14,475 nt of DNA from positions 1 to 14,475 of the forward strand of contig JBDGTY010000069.1 in the NCBI GenBank assembly GCA_042216335.1, given 5' to 3'. Made by a program: the position numbers and the translations under genes. Source of the DNA: Candidatus Nanohalobium sp. (GTDB taxonomy: Archaea; Nanohalarchaeota; Nanosalinia; Nanosalinales; Nanosalinaceae). Positions 1 through 6,966 of the stretch are shown here, one piece after another. A model generated the notes under the pieces. It was not told where the DNA came from. It ran no database searches and was given only the letters and a program-made list of their open reading frames with translations. Numbering within the stretch: the first letter of the stretch is position 1; the number at the start of each line of letters is the position of its first letter.

Positions 1-1
1 A

Positions 2-92
2 CGCCGGGGCCGGGATTTGAACCCGGGTGAGAGCGTTGCGCCCTCAATGGCTTAGCAAGCCACCGCATTAGACCATACTCTGCCACCCCGAC
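2..92 (-). tRNA. tRNA-Ser (anticodon GCT), intron-less, CCA not encoded
   Basis: Reverse complement folds as a cloverleaf: acceptor GTCGGGG/CCCCGGC, D-stem GCA/TGC with GG in the loop, anticodon arm GTGGC-TTGCTAA-GCCAT, long variable arm TGAGGGCG-CAA-CGCTCTCA, T-arm CCGGG-TTCAAAT-CCCGG, discriminator G followed by T. Confidence 0.96.
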
Positions 93-124
93 AACTGGGT
101 GTAAAGAACTTGTGTCGGGCAAGA

Positions 125-131
125 CTTAAAA
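125..131 (-). promoter_or_regulatory. Putative TATA box of tRNA-Ser
   Basis: TTTTAAG on the minus strand about 32 nt upstream of the mature tRNA 5' end. Confidence 0.55.
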
Positions 132-174
132 TCTCCACGAGATTGAAGCCGTATTTTCTGGTTTGTCGGATGAG

Positions 175-185
175 GAAAATTAAAT
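175..185 (+). promoter_or_regulatory. Putative BRE/TATA of folC
   Basis: GAAAATTAAAT ends 24 nt before ATG 210; no Shine-Dalgarno, consistent with a leaderless transcript. Confidence 0.45.
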
Positions 186-209
186 CGTTTTTACCCGGAC
201 TGGTTTTTC

Positions 210-1388
210 ATGGATTATCAGGAGGTTGTTGAGGATCTCTATTCGCGTGGTTCCAAAGGGAAGGATCCTGCGCTTTCGTCTACGGAGGAGGCGCTGGAGA
301 AGCTTGGGAATCCTGAAAAGGATTACTCCGTCATCATCGTGGGAGGTACGAACGGCAAGGGTTCCGTGACCGAGATGATATCCGAAGGACTTCAGTCGCT
401 GGGATGCAGTGTGGGAATCTACAAGTCACCTCATCTTGTGAGTCCTCGTGAAAGGATCAAGGTGGACGGAGATATGATCTCGCGGGAGGAGTTCCTGGAG
501 ATATATCGTGAGCTTGACTCACTTGACACCTCTCTCAGCTTCTTTGAATTTATGACGGCGATGGCCTACCGGTTCTTCCAGGGAAAAGTGGACTATGCTG
601 TGATGGAGGTTGGGATGGGCGGCAGGCTCGACGCCACGAACGCCGCTGATAACGATTACGCATTTATAACTAATGTAGGCCTCGAGCACACAAGATACCT
701 AGGCGACACCAAAGAGGAGATAGCCGAAGAGATATCAGGGATAACACCGCAGAAAGGCTCCCTTGTAACCGGAGTCGAACTTGAACCCATAGCGAGGAAA
801 GCCAGGGAGAGAAACACGGAGCTCCTGGAACCTGCAAAAGTCTCAGAGGAAGAAGATGGCTACAACTTCAGAGGAGAAGTTTTTTCTCTGCCTGTAAGCG
901 GAAGCTACCAGCGCAGCAACCTTGAAAAAGCACTGAAAGCACTGGAAACTATCGAAAAGATTCCAGATAATCTCGATGAAGTTTTCAAAGGTCTTGATTG
1001 CGCTGGTAGGATGGAAACCATATCTGAAAACCCTCTTTATATACAGGATGGGGCGCACAATCCTCACGCCATCCAGAAGATAATTCAGGATCTGCCCGAG
1101 GACTTCATCTGTGTCTTCAACGCCATGGAGCACAAGGACATCGAAAAAATGGTGGAACCGCTTGAAGAAAAGGCCAGCAAGTTTTACCTGCCTGAGGCAA
1201 GAGTTCCCTGGTCGGCCAGGCCCCAGAAAATTGCAGGAAAAGTTTCGACACCTTCCGAGATAGTGAAGGATCCTGGTAGAGCAACGAAGGAGGCGCTGGA
1301 GGAAGCAGGCGATGAAGGCGCCGTCGTCGTGACAGGATCACTCTACCTGATCGGAAACGTCAAGGAGGGCTTAGACAGGGAAACCTGA
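210..1388 (+). CDS. folC: Folylpolyglutamate synthase / dihydrofolate synthase family (Mur ligase superfamily)
   Basis: Motifs GTNGKGS (P-loop), SPHL, FE, EVGMGGRLDATN, EHTxxLG, GR, DGAHN, TGSLY. Confidence 0.93.
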   Translation: MDYQEVVEDLYSRGSKGKDPALSSTEEALEKLGNPEKDYSVIIVGGTNGKGSVTEMISEGLQSLGCSVGIYKSPHLVSPRERIKVDGDMISREEFLEIYRELDSLDTSLSFFEFMTAMAYRFFQGKVDYAVMEVGMGGRLDATNAADNDYAFITNVGLEHTRYLGDTKEEIAEEISGITPQKGSLVTGVELEPIARKARERNTELLEPAKVSEEEDGYNFRGEVFSLPVSGSYQRSNLEKALKALETIEKIPDNLDEVFKGLDCAGRMETISENPLYIQDGAHNPHAIQKIIQDLPEDFICVFNAMEHKDIEKMVEPLEEKASKFYLPEARVPWSARPQKIAGKVSTPSEIVKDPGRATKEALEEAGDEGAVVVTGSLYLIGNVKEGLDRET

Positions 1389-1420
1389 AGCATGCCGGAA
1401 CGGCAGAGGAATATGCAGCG

Positions 1421-1435
1421 GAAAAGGTATTTAAG
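1421..1435 (+). promoter_or_regulatory. BRE + TATA box of the PRC-barrel gene
   Basis: GAAAAGG-TATTTAAG, with an SD-like GGAGTGAT at 1460-1467 ahead of ATG 1476. Confidence 0.7.
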
Positions 1436-1475
1436 TTTCTGAAGGTTTTTTGTATGTGTGGAGTGATTAAAAGTT

Positions 1476-1760
1476 ATGCCGCAGAACATCCTGGATTTCT
1501 CGGATATCAAGAAAAAAGACGTCTTCACCAGTAACGGATCCTACTGTGGAAAAGTAAAGGACGTCGAATTAAACCTGGGTAAGTTCGCAGTAAGAGCAGT
1601 AGTAGTCAGCGCAGAAAAAGGTTCTTACCTGTCACAGAAGGTCGGCGGCAGCAAAAACGTAGTCATCCCATACAGGATGGTACAGAGCATCGACGACATA
1701 ATCATAATCAACGACTTCCAGACCAGCGAAGTCGAGGAAAAACAGGAAGCAGAAGCCTAG
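1476..1760 (+). CDS. Stand-alone PRC-barrel protein, CdpB-like (candidate cell-division protein)
   Basis: PRC signature: KDVFTSNGSYCGKVKDVELN ... VVIPYRMVQSIDDIIII, 94 aa with an acidic tail. Confidence 0.88.
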   Translation: MPQNILDFSDIKKKDVFTSNGSYCGKVKDVELNLGKFAVRAVVVSAEKGSYLSQKVGGSKNVVIPYRMVQSIDDIIIINDFQTSEVEEKQEAEA

Positions 1761-2119
1761 AGCTTCTTCATCAGTATAAAGCCGTCTTCTCTTTCTACAT
1801 GCTTTAGACCGACTCCTCTTTCCGGCGAAGCAAGTTTCCACGGCTTCCTATTGCCGTTAAGAATTTCAGATAACTGTTCGGTCAGCGGGGTTGAATAGTT
1901 CTCTCTAGCATTCCTTACAGCCTTCTTCGCCGATACATCATCCGTGTAGTCGGCGCCATAGATGCCGTCGAACTCGACACCAGCCACCCTGTTTTCTTCA
2001 AGCGCTTTGACGACATCTCTGTTCAGCTCTTCCTGATTATTGTATTCATCCACAGAAAGCAGTTCGTAGGCCTCGTCGTCGCCCCATTCAACCAGGATCG
2101 AACCCCTTCCAAAACTCAT
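1757..2119 (-). CDS. Hypothetical acidic protein
   Basis: 120-aa ORF with ATG start and halophilic composition; fills the gap exactly, shares CTAG stop overlap with the PRC gene, and has a TATA box 24 nt upstream. Confidence 0.75.
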   Translation of the reverse strand: MSFGRGSILVEWGDDEAYELLSVDEYNNQEELNRDVVKALEENRVAGVEFDGIYGADYTDDVSAKKAVRNARENYSTPLTEQLSEILNGNRKPWKLASPERGVGLKHVEREDGFILMKKL

Positions 2120-2143
2120 AAATGTAGTTACTGTCAGATCACA

Positions 2144-2149
2144 CTTAAA
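2144..2149 (-). promoter_or_regulatory. TATA box of the 1757-2119 gene, embedded in the peptidase stop codon
   Basis: TTTAAG on minus contains the TAA at 2147-2145 and lies 24 nt before ATG 2119. Confidence 0.55.
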
Positions 2150-3164
2150 GTTCTTTTGGCGACTGACTCAGCACTTCACAACCATCTTCTGTAACAAGTA
2201 CGACATCCTCCAACCGCACTCCACCAATTCCTGGTACATGCAAACCCGGTTCGATGGTGACAACCATGCCCTCCTCCAACTCAACTTCTTCCGCCGAAAC
2301 AGATAAGCCAGGGCCTTCATGCACCTCGACACCTACCCCGTGTCCGAGAGTGTAGAGAACGTTTTCCTCCAGGTTGTAGCCCATCTCCTCGGCCATCCTG
2401 TCCCTCTCCTCCGCCAGATCCGAGACTTCCCCTCCAGACTCAATCATCTCAATGATTTTCTCCTGTATCTCCTTGACATCATCGAAAAGCTGTTCCTGTT
2501 CCCTACTCGGGTTCTCGCAGTAGGTCCGTGTTATATCCGAGCAGTAGTTCTCAAACCTGCACCCAGAGTCGACGATGACAAGATCATCAGATTTTATCTC
2601 TTTCTTTTCCGGAGGTCGATGCGGCTCGAGCGAGTTCCTCTGCACCAGACTCTGCCCGCCGTTCGTCAGGAATGAATCCTCAACGCCTTTCTCCGAATAA
2701 AAACTGTTTATCTCGGCCACTGCCTCGAATTCATCTATACCAGAGAACAGCTTCTTCCCTATATATTCCTGCGCCTCATCCGTTATCTCACAGGCCTTCC
2801 TGATCTTCTCGACTTCCTCCTCCGTCTTTATCTGCCTCAGATCTTCCAGTATACCTGTTTCTTCCGCTTCAAAGAGCTCCTCAAGTTTCTCCGAGTTCTC
2901 GTCAACTCTGACTTCGCCTGCGAACCTCTCGGCTTTCTCCTCCAGCGCCTCCTCGTAGTCCTGCTTGCTGAAGACGTACTCAGCGTCTATATCCTGTGTT
3001 TCGTACCTGTAGAACCGCGGAATAACGAACTCCTTTCTTCCCTGCGTCAGGAACATGTAACCGGTTATCCTCTTTCCAATCGCCCAGGTGAAGTTCTCCT
3101 CCTGCGTGACTATCAGGCAGTCGATACCCTCCTCCCTCATCTTCTCTCTTATCCTCTGAATCAT
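2145..3164 (-). CDS. pepQ: Xaa-Pro aminopeptidase / prolidase (peptidase M24B)
   Basis: Creatinase-like N-terminal domain, then [45 protein letters not shown] (D, D, H, E, E metal ligands). Confidence 0.93.
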   Translation of the reverse strand: MIQRIREKMREEGIDCLIVTQEENFTWAIGKRITGYMFLTQGRKEFVIPRFYRYETQDIDAEYVFSKQDYEEALEEKAERFAGEVRVDENSEKLEELFEAEETGILEDLRQIKTEEEVEKIRKACEITDEAQEYIGKKLFSGIDEFEAVAEINSFYSEKGVEDSFLTNGGQSLVQRNSLEPHRPPEKKEIKSDDLVIVDSGCRFENYCSDITRTYCENPSREQEQLFDDVKEIQEKIIEMIESGGEVSDLAEERDRMAEEMGYNLEENVLYTLGHGVGVEVHEGPGLSVSAEEVELEEGMVVTIEPGLHVPGIGGVRLEDVVLVTEDGCEVLSQSPKEL

Positions 3165-3189
3165 AGTTTTATTCTCCGCAGCTCACAGG

Positions 3190-3195
3190 TTTAAG
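3190..3195. promoter_or_regulatory. Central TATA-like element between divergent genes
   Basis: TTTAAG (+) / CTTAAA (-) lies 23 nt from ATG 3219 and 25 nt from ATG 3164. Confidence 0.55.
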
Positions 3196-3218
3196 TCTGT
3201 CCTCAACAAGTTTGAACC

Positions 3219-3518
3219 ATGGCCCTCCAGGCAGTCACCGGAATAGTGTACGACATCACCACGCATGCATGGGCCGCAGCCTCAGTCATAATCAAGTACT
3301 ACCTTTTAGTTGCCGCAGCACAGCTCTACACACAGGAAGGTTTGACACGTGAAAACATGACCGAAAAACTGCTGGAGGAAAGCAGATTAGTTCTCACCGG
3401 AGTCGTCGTCACCGGAGCAGTCCTCTACATACTGAACTTCAAACCTGCTCCACTGGCGAAACTTGTCAGCGAGTTGATCGCCCTAGGATACCTGGCATTC
3501 CTTTTCTGGAAGTATTAA
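3219..3518 (+). CDS. Small hypothetical membrane protein (~3 TM helices)
   Basis: 99 aa with three hydrophobic segments; ATG start with TATA upstream; TTAA stop overlap with the convergent gene. Confidence 0.78.
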   Translation: MALQAVTGIVYDITTHAWAAASVIIKYYLLVAAAQLYTQEGLTRENMTEKLLEESRLVLTGVVVTGAVLYILNFKPAPLAKLVSELIALGYLAFLFWKY

Positions 3519-4300
3519 TCTAAGTTCGAGTAACTTGACAGCGGCACAACTTCTATTTCGTAATCTTCACTTAACTTGTCCCTAAGGTTGCCTTCTATCT
3601 CCATGGCATGTAATGATCCTACTACAACAACTAAGCTATCTTCATCGTATTCCTCAGACGCGATATCTATCTTCTCCTTCCAGTACTCTTCTCTCTCTTG
3701 AAGCTCTGGACGGCGAATGAAAAGTTCAGCTGAAGTCTCCCTAAACTCATTCCAGTCATAGACCTCATTAACCCTGTCTCTGATCTGCTCTATCTCCCGC
3801 ATATCATTTTCTTCAATCTCACTCTCGTCCCTTTGTTCATATAGACTCCCTAGATAACTCTCAACAGCCTCTCCCGGAGAAAAGTCAGGATGGCCGAAAT
3901 GAACATCATACGACTTATCATCGTTAATAGACATGGAAATCAGATAGAAAAGATCATCTTGATTCAATTCTTCAGGATCATCAGCTTCCTTTATCGATTC
4001 AATAGCGGACATGTATTCTCGAGTCAAATCCTCAGTTGTATCAGCAAAACCTTTCAAGCCCTCATCGAGATAAACTACATTACCTTCTTCCACAGTTTCA
4101 TGAACGGCATGTTCCTCAGTCTCCTTCTCTTGCTCAAATTCCTCTCCCTCGTCCAAAAAAGCAGTATCATAGAAGAATTCTTCTAGATCATCCGGATGGT
4201 GGCCCTCTACGAGCACAAAATCATCCTCCTCCAGAGCTCTTTCAATCCTCTGTCCAATATAATCATCTCTATGATCAGAGCCAATAAGTCTTAGAGACAT
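3515..4300 (-). CDS. Very acidic hypothetical protein with TraB/Tiki/ChaN-like motif pattern
   Basis: LIGSDH near the N-terminus, VLVEG, QEREEYW..KI and VVVVGSLH near the C-terminus. ATG 4300 preferred over TTG 4309 because an AT-rich box lies about 24 nt upstream. ORF is solid; family assignment is tentative. Confidence 0.7.
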   Translation of the reverse strand: MSLRLIGSDHRDDYIGQRIERALEEDDFVLVEGHHPDDLEEFFYDTAFLDEGEEFEQEKETEEHAVHETVEEGNVVYLDEGLKGFADTTEDLTREYMSAIESIKEADDPEELNQDDLFYLISMSINDDKSYDVHFGHPDFSPGEAVESYLGSLYEQRDESEIEENDMREIEQIRDRVNEVYDWNEFRETSAELFIRRPELQEREEYWKEKIDIASEEYDEDSLVVVVGSLHAMEIEGNLRDKLSEDYEIEVVPLSSYSNLD

Positions 4301-4346
4301 GATAAGCAATCAGAGACTCAAATATTTATTATTCTTACGCAAAAAC

Positions 4347-4676
4347 CTAGGATAGCTTGTTCTCGACTTCATCGGCCCATGTCTCAACCACTTCACATGT
4401 CAGCTCCCTCAAGTCTTCGATAGGCAAGGTGGTGTACACGTAGTAGACTGTTTTCTCGGTCCTGCCTTCCCGCATCAGCAGGTCTTTATCCATCATCTCC
4501 TGGAGGGCTCTCTGGACTGTTGACCGGTTCCTGTCGACTTCCTCAGCTATTTCCTGGACAGTCTTCTTGTCGTCCTGTAGTTCCTGGAAGATACTGCACT
4601 GAAGGTCGTTGAGGTTGAAAACGTCAAAGATTATCTCACGGTCGTTCTTCTCCTCTACCTCCAGGAAGTTCATCAT
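4347..4676 (-). CDS. Winged helix-turn-helix transcriptional regulator (TrmB-like / COG3355-type)
   Basis: TVQEIAEEVDRNRSTVQRALQEM (HTH) followed by the wing ...YYVY. Start ATG 4676 or 4673 preferred over GTG 4685 from TATA spacing. Confidence 0.88.
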   Translation of the reverse strand: MMNFLEVEEKNDREIIFDVFNLNDLQCSIFQELQDDKKTVQEIAEEVDRNRSTVQRALQEMMDKDLLMREGRTEKTVYYVYTTLPIEDLRELTCEVVETWADEVENKLS

Positions 4677-4691
4677 TTCAAACACGGTACG

Positions 4692-4712
4692 TGAAACAAT
4701 AAAAGTGTTTCA
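4692..4712. promoter_or_regulatory. Perfect inverted repeat TGAAACA-N7-TGTTTCA flanking a TATA-like core; candidate operator
   Basis: Plus strand reads TGAAACA ATAAAAG TGTTTCA; the spacer is CTTTTAT on the coding strand, 22-25 nt upstream of the HTH gene ATGs. Confidence 0.6.
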
Positions 4713-4910
4713 GCCTCCCGCGATGACGTCAAAAACCTCTACAGTGTCACCGTCTTCAAGTTCGTGGCTTCCCGAGATGATAGTCCCGTTCCTCGACACC
4801 AGAACCTCCTGACGCTCGATACCCTGATCATCCAGGAACTCGGAGACACTCCTGCCCTCTTCGACCTCCAGAACTTTCTCAACCTTCTCGTCAAGATCGT
4901 CCCTGATCAA
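4710..4910 (-). CDS. Ubiquitin-like beta-grasp protein (SAMP2/ThiS/MoaD family)
   Basis: C-terminal di-glycine (VIAGG*), VLVSRNG, LEDGDTVEV. Start uncertain: TTG 4910, or ATC 4922 (see findings). Confidence 0.9.
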   Translation of the reverse strand: MIRDDLDEKVEKVLEVEEGRSVSEFLDDQGIERQEVLVSRNGTIISGSHELEDGDTVEVFDVIAGG

Positions 4911-4912
4911 TG

Positions 4913-5218
4913 TTACCTCGATCCCGCATCACCCTTCTCCTCAATCCTTCTCTCGTACTTATCCAAAGCAGTTTCCAGCGCTTCCTCGGCGTCGATATCC
5001 AGAGAGTTACAGACGGCGAAAAGCGAGAATAACACGTCGCCAATCTCATCTTGTTTGACATCAAGTTTATCCTTTTCAAGGCCGTAATCAGCTGATTTGG
5101 TGGCGTCTCCGACCACTTCTCCTACCTCTGACACCAGGTCCATGATACGGAACTCAGGGGTTCCCTCCATGCCGTGCTTTTCCATGAACTCCTCAACTTC
5201 TTCCTGTTGCTCTTCCAT
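4913..5218 (-). CDS. MazG-like all-alpha NTP pyrophosphohydrolase (single domain)
   Basis: SEVGEV (ExxE) and DEIGDVLF (ExxD) metal-binding motifs, followed by KYERR; 101 aa. Confidence 0.88.
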   Translation of the reverse strand: MEEQQEEVEEFMEKHGMEGTPEFRIMDLVSEVGEVVGDATKSADYGLEKDKLDVKQDEIGDVLFSLFAVCNSLDIDAEEALETALDKYERRIEEKGDAGSR

Positions 5219-5221
5219 AGT

Positions 5222-6082
5222 TCATACCTCTATTATTCCTTTTCTCGCGGCGTGGAAAATATATTCCTGTGCGTAGCCCGAGTACTCACCGAAGTGGTCC
5301 CGCAGGTTTTCAGATGCTTCATCGTAGTCCTCCGAATGATGCTCCGGATAATGCTTCTCCACCGCCTTCAGAGCCCACGTGTCCAGCGGATAGGCCTGGT
5401 GGAATCCTTTCGAGAACAGCAGTACGCAGTCAGCCACCTTGTCACCCACACCGTACAGCTGCTTGAGATGGCTGCGGGCCTCAAGATAGCTCATGTCATC
5501 CATCTCGGAATGATCAAATCCTTCCTGAAGTATGTCTAGAGTCTCAGAGATGTACTTCGCCCTGTAACCTATGCCAAGCTCCCTCAGCTCATCCTCGGAA
5601 GCCCGTGAAAGCTCTTCCTGATCCGGAAACCTGAGAAGCCTCTCTCCATTGACTTTTCTAACCTCTCCGTACTCACGGGCGATCTCGTCATGCATCTTCT
5701 TGATGCGAGGGATACGCATCTGCGGCGAGCAGAGATAGCTTATCAGGCACGGGAAGAACTCGTCCTGGATAATCCTCAAGCCCCAAAGCTCTTTCTTCGC
5801 TTTCTCCAGCCGTGGGTCTTCCGGAAACCTCCGAAATATTTTTTCGAGGTCGTGGTGAAGGCCCAGGGCTTCCTCGACCTCTTCCTCCTCCAGCTCGGTC
5901 TCAACACGGAGTTCCCCCTCTTTCTGCTCTACGATCAACGGTTTGCCTTCTCTGAATGTGTAGTACCTGTCAGAACCCTCTCCATAAAGTTCACCCTGCG
6001 TACGGTGCCAGCAGAATGTCTGGCCACACGTCAAAGTGAGTTCGAGATCGAAGTTCTTGGCCGGTATCGAGTATTTTTCCAC
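5222..6082 (-). CDS. ogg: 8-oxoguanine DNA glycosylase/AP lyase, Ogg1 type (HhH-GPD)
   Basis: N-terminal TLTCGQTFCW, GLRIIQDEFFPCLISYLCS, GIGYRAKY, HhH LYGVGDKVADC with catalytic Lys and PLDTW with catalytic Asp, YSGYAQEYIF. GTG start. Confidence 0.93.
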   Translation of the reverse strand: MEKYSIPAKNFDLELTLTCGQTFCWHRTQGELYGEGSDRYYTFREGKPLIVEQKEGELRVETELEEEEVEEALGLHHDLEKIFRRFPEDPRLEKAKKELWGLRIIQDEFFPCLISYLCSPQMRIPRIKKMHDEIAREYGEVRKVNGERLLRFPDQEELSRASEDELRELGIGYRAKYISETLDILQEGFDHSEMDDMSYLEARSHLKQLYGVGDKVADCVLLFSKGFHQAYPLDTWALKAVEKHYPEHHSEDYDEASENLRDHFGEYSGYAQEYIFHAARKGIIEV

Positions 6083-6122
6083 AGATTGTGTTTGCTGTGA
6101 AAGTTATTTGAGTGGTTGGATA

Positions 6123-6929
6123 TTAGAGATCGAAAAGGTCTCTGAGGTATTCCTCTTCCAGTTCTGCCATGTTATATTCTTCATGGATTTCTTCTCTGCT
6201 ATTTGATATTACCTCAGGATTCTGTCTTACTTCCTCAAAGTTCTGATCTGCGGCGTTGTAACCTGCGTAGTGAATCAACTCGCTGTTTACTTTTGCCTCA
6301 AACTCGTCCTGAAGTACGTCAGGATGAGTGAAGTATGATCTGAGATCTCCGTAATCCATGTCACCGTCGGTCCAGTCAAAGGTGTGGCTTGTGTCCGGAG
6401 AACTCCAGTCATTCAGCTCGTATCCAAATTCCTCCGCAGCCAGTCTCTGCCCTATCCTGTCGAAGAATTCCTCAACTGAGTTGTATCTGAACTGCTGAGT
6501 ATTGAACTGGTTAACTTCTACCACTTTTTCAGCAGAGGCATCCTGAGGATTCTTGACCAGGTTTTCCAGTACATCCATTTCGTCATCATGAGTGTCAACA
6601 AAGAGGCTTTCCCTGAGCCAGTGCATTGCCTCTGCCGCTGCATCCGTGTGATCGATTTCGTAACCATGCTCTTCTATATAGTCAGGATTGAAGTGCAGTA
6701 CGTTGAATGTCTCGTTGTAGCTTACCGGCGATCCAACAGAAGAATCTCCGACTTCAGTTTCTTCTGGTTCGATCCGAGGATACTCGAGGTTTCCTTTCTG
6801 GAGTTCAGCTTCGATATCTATATCAAGTTCCTCACCGAGCAGATCGACTACTTCATGGAAATTCTCTTCCAGTTCCTCAGCGTATCCATTGCCGCTGAAA
6901 AATGAAACTATTCTCGAGCCTAGCCCCAA
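6123..6929 (-). CDS. Very acidic hypothetical protein
   Basis: Long ORF with halophilic composition filling the gap. TTG 6929 (preceded by SD-like AGGTGG) preferred over GTG 6938; start uncertain. Confidence 0.78.
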   Translation of the reverse strand: MGLGSRIVSFFSGNGYAEELEENFHEVVDLLGEELDIDIEAELQKGNLEYPRIEPEETEVGDSSVGSPVSYNETFNVLHFNPDYIEEHGYEIDHTDAAAEAMHWLRESLFVDTHDDEMDVLENLVKNPQDASAEKVVEVNQFNTQQFRYNSVEEFFDRIGQRLAAEEFGYELNDWSSPDTSHTFDWTDGDMDYGDLRSYFTHPDVLQDEFEAKVNSELIHYAGYNAADQNFEEVRQNPEVISNSREEIHEEYNMAELEEEYLRDLFDL

Positions 6930-6966
6930 ACAAACCACCTGTTACTACAGACGAGAAACAACTTTA

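Noticed and set aside
2..92. Possible selenocysteine or intron-containing tRNA because of 91-nt length
   Set aside because: Anticodon GCT, 7/5 acceptor/T stems and an intact 7-nt anticodon loop; length is explained by the Ser variable arm and larger D-loop.
1..209. tRNA as an integration site (att)
   Set aside because: No integrase and no duplicate of the tRNA 3' end seen; the tRNA 3' flank is outside the window.
4316..4324. ACTCAAATA also present on the minus strand upstream of ogg (~6105-6113)
   Set aside because: AT-rich 9-mer in opposite orientation relative to the genes; too short to call terminal inverted repeats, and no transposase is present.
4347..5218. Anti-phage system (MazG plus ubiquitin-like, Bil/CBASS-like)
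   Set aside because: No E1, E2, JAMM, cyclase or effector genes; both proteins look like ordinary archaeal housekeeping families.
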